A stretch of 64,000 nt of DNA from an uncultured Candidatus Rokubacteria bacterium. Its GTDB lineage: Bacteria > Methylomirabilota > Methylomirabilia > Rokubacteriales > DASRDR01. Location of the stretch: positions 544,001-608,000 of the forward strand of contig CAVPSB010000013.1 of assembly GCA_963708025.1 (NCBI GenBank). The letters are read 5' to 3'. A program made the translations under genes and the position numbers. This document shows, one piece after another, positions 56,988 through 64,000 of the stretch; position 1 is the stretch's first letter; each line of letters opens with the position of its first letter. Below the pieces are notes generated by a model. The model saw only the letters and a program-made list of their open reading frames with translations. It was not told the DNA's origin and made no database searches.

Positions 56988-58123
56988 GCTCCGCCGACGG
57001 CGCGCCGGCCGGGTCGCCGGGCTCCGGCCCGCCGGGCCCAGCCGGCTCCGACGGCGCTGACGTCGTCCTGCGCGATCTGGTCAAGCTGTACGGCGACGTC
57101 CGCGCCGTGGACGGCGTCTCGCTGGAGATCCGTCGCGGGGAGTTCTTCTCGCTGCTCGGCCCCTCGGGCTGCGGGAAGACCACTACCCTCCGCATCATCG
57201 GCGGCTTCGAGTTCCCGACCCGCGGCGAGGTCTGGCTCCGGGGCCGGCTCGTCAACGACGTCCCGCCCTACCGGCGGGCGACGAACATGGTCTTCCAGCA
57301 GCTCGCCCTCTTCCCCCACCTCTCGGTCTTCGACAACGTGGGGTTCGGCCTCCGCCTCCGGCGCCTTCCCGCCAGCGAGGTGCGGCGCCGGGTGGAGGCG
57401 GCGCTCGCGCTCGTGGACCTCGGCGGCCTGCACCACCGCCAGATCTACCAGCTCTCGGGGGGTCAGAAGCAGCGGGTGGCGATCGCCCGCGCCCTGGTGA
57501 ACGAGCCGGCCGTCCTGCTCCTCGACGAGCCGCTGGGGGCGCTCGACCTCAAGCTCCGGCTCGCCATGCAGGCCGAGCTGAAGGCGCTCCAGCACCGGGT
57601 CGGGACGACGTTCGTCTACGTGACCCACGACCAGGGCGAGGCGCTGACGATGTCCGACCGCATCGGCGTCATGCGGGACGGCCGGCTCGAGCAGGTCGGC
57701 TCCAGCTACGAGATCTACGCGAAGCCGCGGACGCGGTTCGTCGCCACGTTCATCGGGGAGGCGAACCTCCTCGAGGGCCGCGTGGTCGAGCCGGGCCCGG
57801 ACGGGGCCGTCCGGGTCGAGGCCGGCCCGCTCTCCATCCTGGCCACGGCGGCGGACCGGGTCGCGCCGGGCTCGCCGGTGACGCTCTCGATCCGCCCGGA
57901 ACACATCAAGCTCGGCCCGCCCGCCGCCGGGCTGGCCAACGGCTTTCCCGGCCGGGTCCAGGACACCGTCTTCATGGGATCGATCGTCCGCTGCCGGGTC
58001 CGGCTGGCCGAGGGTGTCGTGGTGACCACCGAGTGTCACAACGACGCGGCCGGGGCGCTCCACCCGGACGCCGCGGTCCAGGTCGGCTGGGGCCGGGAGT
58101 ACGCCGTGGTCCTCGAGGGGTAG
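56984..58123 (+). CDS. ABC ATP-binding protein (PotA-like)
   Basis: GPSGCGKTT, LSGGQKQRV and LLLDEPLGALD motifs. Confidence 0.92.
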   Translation: MSSADGAPAGSPGSGPPGPAGSDGADVVLRDLVKLYGDVRAVDGVSLEIRRGEFFSLLGPSGCGKTTTLRIIGGFEFPTRGEVWLRGRLVNDVPPYRRATNMVFQQLALFPHLSVFDNVGFGLRLRRLPASEVRRRVEAALALVDLGGLHHRQIYQLSGGQKQRVAIARALVNEPAVLLLDEPLGALDLKLRLAMQAELKALQHRVGTTFVYVTHDQGEALTMSDRIGVMRDGRLEQVGSSYEIYAKPRTRFVATFIGEANLLEGRVVEPGPDGAVRVEAGPLSILATAADRVAPGSPVTLSIRPEHIKLGPPAAGLANGFPGRVQDTVFMGSIVRCRVRLAEGVVVTTECHNDAAGALHPDAAVQVGWGREYAVVLEG

Positions 58124-58126
58124 CGC

Positions 58127-59002
58127 GTGAGCCAGCCCGGGCCGAGACGTGTCCGCCTCGGCTCCCTCCCGCTCCTGGCGCCGGCCGTCCTCCTCACCCT
58201 GATCGTCTTCTGGGTGGCCATGGCCATCCTGCTCGTCATGAGCGTCTACCCGTTCGTCGCCGCCGGGACGCCCCGGCTCACCCTGGAGGCCTGGACGCAC
58301 TTCCTGGGAGACCGCTTCTACTGGTCCGTCGTCCGCACGACGCTCGAGCTCGGCCTCTGGGTGACGGCACTGGCCCTGCTGCTGGGCTACCCGGCCGCCT
58401 ACGCGATGTCGAAGATCCGCCGGCCCGGGCTCCTCGTCCTCGTCTACGTCGTCCTGTTCTCCCCGATCCTGGTGAGCGTGGTCGTCCGCACCTACGGCTG
58501 GCTCCTGCTCCTGTCGAAGACGGGCTTCGTCAACTACGTGCTCCTGCAGGCGGGGCTGGTGGCGGGGCCGGTCCCGCTCATCTTCAACACCACCGGCATC
58601 GTCGTCGCCATGGTCCACATCCTGCTGCCCTTCATGATCTTCCCGCTGCTCAGCGTGATCACCCAGCTCCCGGCCGACCTCCGGGAAGCGGCGGCGGACC
58701 TCGGCGCGAACCGCTGGCAGACCCTGGCCCGGGTGACCCTGCCCCTCACCCTGCCCGGGATCGTGAGCGGGTGTCAGATCGTCTTCACCCTGACGATCAG
58801 CGCCTTCGTCACGCCCTTCCTGATGGGGGGCGGCAAGGTGCAGATCCTGAGCGGCCTGATCTACCGGGACATGGAGGCGGTGAACCTCGCCTTCGCCTCG
58901 GTGGTGGCCTTCGTCCTGCTGGGGCTGGCGGTGGCCATCTTGCTGCTGAGCAACCTGCTGAGCCGGGGGGCGTACGCGCGGGCGGAGGTCCTCCGCACGT
59001 GA
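58127..59002 (+). CDS. ABC permease (PotB-like)
   Basis: LGYPAAY, VVRTYGW and LREAAADLGA motifs. Confidence 0.9.
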   Translation: MSQPGPRRVRLGSLPLLAPAVLLTLIVFWVAMAILLVMSVYPFVAAGTPRLTLEAWTHFLGDRFYWSVVRTTLELGLWVTALALLLGYPAAYAMSKIRRPGLLVLVYVVLFSPILVSVVVRTYGWLLLLSKTGFVNYVLLQAGLVAGPVPLIFNTTGIVVAMVHILLPFMIFPLLSVITQLPADLREAAADLGANRWQTLARVTLPLTLPGIVSGCQIVFTLTISAFVTPFLMGGGKVQILSGLIYRDMEAVNLAFASVVAFVLLGLAVAILLLSNLLSRGAYARAEVLRT

Positions 59003-59814
59003 GGCGGGACGCGGTCACCGTCGCGCTCCACGTCTACCTGGTCCTGGTGCTCCTCTACATGGCGGCGCCGATCCTCTTCGTCTTCGTGTACGCGTTCAGC
59101 AGCGTGTCCTACGCGGTCTTTCCGCCGCCCGGCTTCTCGACCCGCTGGTTCGTGAAGCTCTTCCAGCAGGCCGACCTCCTCCGGGCCGCGTTGAACTCGC
59201 TGGTCATCGCGGTGGTGGCGACGCTGGCCAGCCTCCTGGCCGGCACACTGGCGGCGCTGGCCCTCGTGCGCTACCGGTTTCCCGGCCGGGAGACGCTGCG
59301 GGCGGCGTTCCTCGCGCCCCTGATCGTGCCGCGCATCGCGTTCGGCGTGGGCATGCTGATCTACGCCGTCGTGCTCCGGCGCTTCGGGGGCCTGGACAGC
59401 CTGATCGCGGCACACCTGATGCTGACCTTGCCCTTCGCCATCTCGATCCTGTCCGCGAGCCTGGTGGGGGCCGAGCGGGTGCTGGAGGAGGCCGCCATGG
59501 ACCTCGGCGCCACCCCCGTGCAGGCGTTCATCCGGGTCACGATCCCCCAGATCCGCACGGGCTTGCTGGTGAGCGGGTTCTTCGCGTTCATCATCTCGTG
59601 GGACCAGGTGGAGACCTCGCTCTTCCTGGTCAAGACGGGGAACATGACCCTGCCGGTGGCGATGTTCTACTACCTCCAGCGCCAGCAGGACCCGGTGATC
59701 GCGGCGCTGTCGACGTTCCTCATCGTGATCGCGCTGGCGGTGGCCGCCGGCCTGCTCGCCAGCATGAAGCCGCAGGACCTCGCCCGGCTTCTCGGCAGCC
59801 GCGCGCGCCCGTAG
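58999..59814 (+). CDS. ABC permease (PotC-like)
   Basis: FPPPGFSTRWF, LEEAAMDLGA and TLPV motifs. Confidence 0.9.
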   Translation: MRRDAVTVALHVYLVLVLLYMAAPILFVFVYAFSSVSYAVFPPPGFSTRWFVKLFQQADLLRAALNSLVIAVVATLASLLAGTLAALALVRYRFPGRETLRAAFLAPLIVPRIAFGVGMLIYAVVLRRFGGLDSLIAAHLMLTLPFAISILSASLVGAERVLEEAAMDLGATPVQAFIRVTIPQIRTGLLVSGFFAFIISWDQVETSLFLVKTGNMTLPVAMFYYLQRQQDPVIAALSTFLIVIALAVAAGLLASMKPQDLARLLGSRARP

Positions 59815-59854
59815 CCCGGCGTCCGCCGTCCGTCCGGCGCCAGGCGCAGGGTTG

Positions 59855-60769
59855 TCAACACGATGTCCTGTTCTCGGCCGCCACCTCCCGGGGGGAGCGG
59901 CTCGCCGGATTCGAGCGTGCCGATCTCGTGCGGTAGTGCGGCACGCGGTCCTGCACGAGGCCGAAGGCGCACAGCGCCAGGCTCGACCACACGGCCACGC
60001 TGAAGTACAGCGACATCCAGCCGATTTCATCCTTCCACTGGGCGATGTCGTGCGTGACCGCCCAGCGCGTGGTCACGTCGTGCAGGCCGGCAAGAACTCC
60101 GAGCAGCTCCTTTCCGTTCGTGACGTCCGCCTGCCATCGACCGAAATACATCGGCACGTCGACCGTGAGCATGAAGAACACATAGCCGGCGATGCCGACG
60201 AGGGCCGATCCGATCGCAAGCTGGACGGCGCCGCCGAACTCCTTGAGCAGTCGCAGCAGCGCCGCCGCGATGAGCAGGAAGGTCACCGTCCAGAGCGAGT
60301 TTTCCAGCGCGTTGCCCAGATAGCTCGTCGTGATCACCGCATACCAGGACCAGCACTCCGCGGCCAGGATCAGCGGAACGATGGCGGTCGAGATGTTCCG
60401 GGCCGCATCCGAATCCGCCAGGCGCGCGAGCTCGCGCAGCACGATGGCCCACTGGACCGCGAAGCAGATCTCCGCAACCGTTGCGACCGATCGCCCGACG
60501 AGGACGCTCGACAGCCAGGTGTCGAACAGACAGATTCGCTGGACATCGGCCCGCGGCAGCACGGACCGAAAGGCGCAGACGAAGACGTAGGCGGCGCACA
60601 GCAGCAGCAGCCATTCGACGCGGGACGTGCCACGCCGGGGATCGGGCGTTCTCTTCCGGAAACAGCCACGGAGCCAGAGCCACAATGCGATGTTCGTGGC
60701 GCTGACGATGAGCAGGAAACTCCACCAGATCGCAATCGGATTCGACCAGGTCAGCCAGTCGAAGGTCAT
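59855..60769 (-). CDS. Hypothetical multi-pass membrane protein
   Basis: About 7 hydrophobic segments and a Trp/Cys-rich FRSVLPRADVQRICLFDTWLSSVLVGRSVATVAE stretch; intact ORF. Confidence 0.7.
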   Translation of the reverse strand: MTFDWLTWSNPIAIWWSFLLIVSATNIALWLWLRGCFRKRTPDPRRGTSRVEWLLLLCAAYVFVCAFRSVLPRADVQRICLFDTWLSSVLVGRSVATVAEICFAVQWAIVLRELARLADSDAARNISTAIVPLILAAECWSWYAVITTSYLGNALENSLWTVTFLLIAAALLRLLKEFGGAVQLAIGSALVGIAGYVFFMLTVDVPMYFGRWQADVTNGKELLGVLAGLHDVTTRWAVTHDIAQWKDEIGWMSLYFSVAVWSSLALCAFGLVQDRVPHYRTRSARSNPASRSPREVAAENRTSC

Positions 60770-61053
60770 GAGCTCCTCCACGCCCGTCACCGAATCGTCA
60801 CACGATCATAAGAATACTGACACATGAGGCGATGGGGGTGGAGGGCCTCAGCAGCGAAAATGCGTAGGGATGTGAAACAGGGCGCGGACCACCGAATGAC
60901 CACCGGCTGGCCACGGGTGCCATCCAAGACCGGTGTCGCTGCGTCGCCCCGAAGGCCGTCCGAACGACGACCGTAGGTCGGGACGGACGCGAGGCCGCAG
61001 GCCGAGCGCGTCCCGGCCGCGATGAACATCGCGACGCTCGTCGGCCTCGCCCG

Positions 61054-61830
61054 CTAGGCCTTCACCGCCCGGACCATCCCCCAGCGGGCGACGGTTCTGG
61101 CCTCGAGGGCCTGGAACACCACCCGCTCGAAGAGGAGCCCGAGGGCGCCGATCACGACCAGGACCCCCATCATCACGTCGGTGTTCAGGAACTCCTTGGC
61201 GTCGAAGAGGACCCAGCCGAGCCCCCAGGCGCTGGCGGCGATCATCTCGCCGCCCACCACCGCGATCCAGGACCGGGCGAAGGCCTGCCGGAGTCCCGTG
61301 ATCACGAACGGGAGCGCGCCGGGCAGGACCACCTTCCGGAACAGGACCCGCTCGTCGGCCCCCATCGCCGAGGCCGCCCGGAGCCACAGCCGGTTGACCG
61401 ACCTCACCCCGGTCCAGGTGTTGTACATCAGGGGGAAGGTGGCCGCGTAGAAGACCAGCATGATGGTCGCGGTGTTCCCGAGCCCGAACCAGAGGATGAA
61501 CAGCGGCACCCAGGCGAGCGAGGGGATCGGCATGAGGACGCTGATCAGCGGCAGGAAGAACCGCTCGACCGGGCGCCAGCGTCCCATCAGCATCCCGAGC
61601 GGGATGCCGCAGAGCGCCGCCAGAACGAGCCCCGCCAGCACCCGGTAGAGCGTGAAGAGCGCGTGGCCGAAGAGCGACCCGTCCAGGACCATCCGGAGGA
61701 GGGCGCCCGCGATCGCCTCCACGGTGGGGGTGAGGGCGGGGGCGAACAGGCGGCTCCGGGCGAAGGCCTCCCACCCCAGGGCCAGGACGACCACGCCGGC
61801 CGTCCCTCGCGCGAGCTGCCGCCAATTCAT
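61054..61830 (-). CDS. ABC permease (TauC/SsuC-like)
   Basis: PIPSLAWVPLFILWFG and VVLPGALPFVITGLR motifs. Confidence 0.9.
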   Translation of the reverse strand: MNWRQLARGTAGVVVLALGWEAFARSRLFAPALTPTVEAIAGALLRMVLDGSLFGHALFTLYRVLAGLVLAALCGIPLGMLMGRWRPVERFFLPLISVLMPIPSLAWVPLFILWFGLGNTATIMLVFYAATFPLMYNTWTGVRSVNRLWLRAASAMGADERVLFRKVVLPGALPFVITGLRQAFARSWIAVVGGEMIAASAWGLGWVLFDAKEFLNTDVMMGVLVVIGALGLLFERVVFQALEARTVARWGMVRAVKA

Positions 61831-61876
61831 TGGTCTTGCCTGGCGCGAGAGACGTCCGGCACGCTGACCGTGGTGC

Positions 61877-61992
61877 CGGGCCGAGACCCGAGCAGCCCTA
61901 GGACGCAGGGAGTCGCCGACCGCAGGCGTACTCCGAGTACGCCGAGGATCGGCGACGACCGAGGACGACGGGATGCGACAGGTATCGGCCCG
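61877..61992. repeat. Nested-palindrome intergenic element (REP/MITE-like)
   Basis: Outer cgggccgagacc/ggtatcggcccg (11/12), inner gtcgccga/tcggcgac, core ggcgtactc-c-gagtacgcc. Confidence 0.6.
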
Positions 61993-61999
61993 AGCCTCC

Positions 62000-62791
62000 T
62001 CATCCCTGGAGCATCCCCCAGCGGACCACCGTCCACCGCTCCAGCCGCGCGAAGACGAGCCGCTCCAGAAGGACGCCGATGAGCCCGATCACCGCGATCC
62101 CCGCCAGCATGACGTCGGTGTTGAGGAACTCGCGCGCGCCGAAGATCAGCCAGCCGAGACCGCGAGGCACCGAGGTCAGCATCTCCGCCGCCACCAGGAC
62201 CCGCCAGGCCCGGGCCAGGGCCAGCCGCAGCCCGGTCAGGATGTACGGCAGGGCACCGGGCAGGATCACCTTGCGGAAGAGCTGGTGCTCCGGCGCCCCC
62301 ATGCCCTCGGCTGCCCGGATCCAGATCTCCTTCACGGCCTTCACGCCGGTCCAGGTGTTGACCGCCGCCGGGAAGGCAGCGGCCAGCGCGACCAGGAGCA
62401 CGGCGGGCAGGTTGCCGAGGCCGAACCACAGGATGAAGAGCGGCGCGTAGGCCAGCCCGGGGATCGGGCTCCCGATGCTCACCAGCGGGAGCAGCGTCTC
62501 CTCGGCCCAGCGGTAGCGCCCCATCGCGATCCCGACCGCCACCCCCAGGACAGCGGCCAGGGCGAAGCCGAGGACCAGCCGGACGATCGTCCCCTGGGCG
62601 TGGGTCAGGAGGATGCCGGAGGCCAGCAGGCCGCCGAAGGTCCGGGCCACGGTCCCGAGGCTCGGGAAGAGCTTCGGCGGCAGCGGCCCCAGCGCGGCGA
62701 ACAGCTCCCAGGCGACGGCCGCCACCGCGAAGGGCAGCAGGAACTCCCCGGCGGCGCGGAGGCGCCCAGCGCTGGCTCGCTCGCCGGTCAC
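62000..62791 (-). CDS. ABC permease (TauC/SsuC-like)
   Basis: PIPGLAYAPLFILWFG and VILPGALPYILTGLR motifs. Confidence 0.9.
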   Translation of the reverse strand: MTGERASAGRLRAAGEFLLPFAVAAVAWELFAALGPLPPKLFPSLGTVARTFGGLLASGILLTHAQGTIVRLVLGFALAAVLGVAVGIAMGRYRWAEETLLPLVSIGSPIPGLAYAPLFILWFGLGNLPAVLLVALAAAFPAAVNTWTGVKAVKEIWIRAAEGMGAPEHQLFRKVILPGALPYILTGLRLALARAWRVLVAAEMLTSVPRGLGWLIFGAREFLNTDVMLAGIAVIGLIGVLLERLVFARLERWTVVRWGMLQG

Positions 62792-62832
62792 CGGCCGAGC
62801 CGACGGAGCGGCGACTGCTCCGGCTTCGCGGC

Positions 62833-63807
62833 TCACGGGATCTTCGCGTCCGCCCGGAGCAGGATCGACTGGGGGACCGTGAGCCCCAGCTTGCCCGCGG
62901 TCTCGAGGTTTACGACGAGCTCGAACTCCCTCGCCTGCTCGATCGGCAAGTCGGCGGGGTGCGCACCCTTCAGGATCTTGTCGACGTACACGGCCGCGCG
63001 ACGGAACAGCTCCGGGAGCTTGGCCCCGTAGGCGATCAGGCCGCCGGCCTCGACGTTCTCCCGTGAGGCGTACACGGTGGGAAGCCCATGCTGTCACGGC
63101 CAGCTCGGCCACGCGCCGGCGCGCTCCCAACATCAGGGCGCTTGGACTCGACGATGAGGGCGCCGGGACGCTCGCGCGCGATCGTCGAGAAGGCATCGTC
63201 GAGCTCCGCCGCGCTCCGGACGCGGACCACGTGGAGGCGCATCCCGAGCGTCCGGGCTGCCGCCTCGGTCTCCTGGAGGTAACGAGTCGCGGGAGACGAC
63301 CACGGGTGCCCAGGAACGCGAGGCGAGACGCCCCCGGGACCAGCTCCCGCGCCAGCTCGACCCGCTTCGCGCTGAGCTCCACGCTCTGGGTCGTCAGGCC
63401 GGTCACGTTCCCGCCCGGCCGCGCGAGGCTCGTGACGATCCCGATCGTCGAGCGGATCCCCGCTCGCCGTGACGATCGGGATCGTCTTCGTCGCCTGGTA
63501 CGCGGCCCGTAGGGCGGGGTTGCCGGCCGTCACGATCACGTCGACCTTGAGCCGGACCAGCTCGGCTGCGAGCGCCGGCAGCCGCTCCGTCCTTCCCGTC
63601 AGCGCCCCGGGCCTCGAAGCTCACGGTCCGGCCCTCGACGTACCCGAGCTCGCGCATCGCCCTGACGGAACGCCTCCCAGACGAAGCGCGGGCGGCGAAG
63701 GAGCCGGTGTCCAGGAGCCCGATCCGGGGCACCGCGCCCGGCGACTGAGCCCCGGCGCTCCACGGGGCCAGGAGGCACAGGGCCAGGAGGAGCCGCGGCC
63801 ACCTCAT
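62833..63807 (-). CDS. ABC substrate-binding protein (ABC_sub_bind type), multiply frameshifted
   Basis: MRELGYVEGR, TKTIPIV, SLARPGGNVTG and [21 protein letters not shown] found across frames. Confidence 0.8.
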
Positions 63808-63827
63808 CGATAGCTCACTGGAGGATT

Positions 63828-64000
63828 TCACTGGAGGGTCTCGTCCGCCCGGACCAGGACCGACTGGGGGATCGTCAGGCCGAACGCCTTCGCGGCCCGG
63901 AGGTTGACGATCAGCTCGAACTTCGTCGGCTGCTCCACGGGCAAGTCGCCGGGTTTGGCGCCTTTCAGGATCTTGTCGACGTAGACGGCCGCGCGCCGGA
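63828..64000 (-). CDS. ABC substrate-binding protein (ABC_sub_bind type), C-terminus only
   Basis: [55 protein letters not shown]. Confidence 0.85.
   Translation of the reverse strand, partial: RRAAVYVDKILKGAKPGDLPVEQPTKFELIVNLRAAKAFGLTIPQSVLVRADETLQ

Noticed and set aside
63815-63837. 10-bp duplication (tcactggagg) around a stop codon
   Set aside because: Too short to interpret; likely local slippage or a scar between tandem paralogs.

Overview
A very GC-rich (roughly 70%, judged by eye) bacterial window. The gene content (many ABC solute-binding proteins, a giant multi-GAF kinase, amidohydrolases) suggests Candidatus Rokubacteria/Methylomirabilota; this is inference only. No rRNA, tRNA or CRISPR array is visible. 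Many otherwise intact genes carry single-base indels, most likely long-read consensus errors. Main contents: (1) a ~7.2 kb histidine kinase built from 12 tandem GAF modules joined by a DNA-conserved linker, followed by a single-domain receiver and a receiver-adenylate/guanylate cyclase; (2) a fragmented minus-strand catabolic cluster (Cys-less hydantoin racemase homolog, SIS protein, PfkB kinases, Pot-type ABC transporter, RidA, tandem PuuE-like genes) broken by insertions; (3) five toxin-antitoxin loci, two with a clearly broken toxin and one whose toxin has an atypical CTG start; (4) Dpp-, Pot- and Tau/Ssu-type ABC transporters, a D-aminoacylase and other hydrolases; (5) small mobile-DNA traces: a ~200 bp MITE with a 9-bp target duplication, a lone integron attC site, an IS21-like end, REP-like repeats and a DUF222-HNH gene; (6) an orphan RusA-like nuclease.
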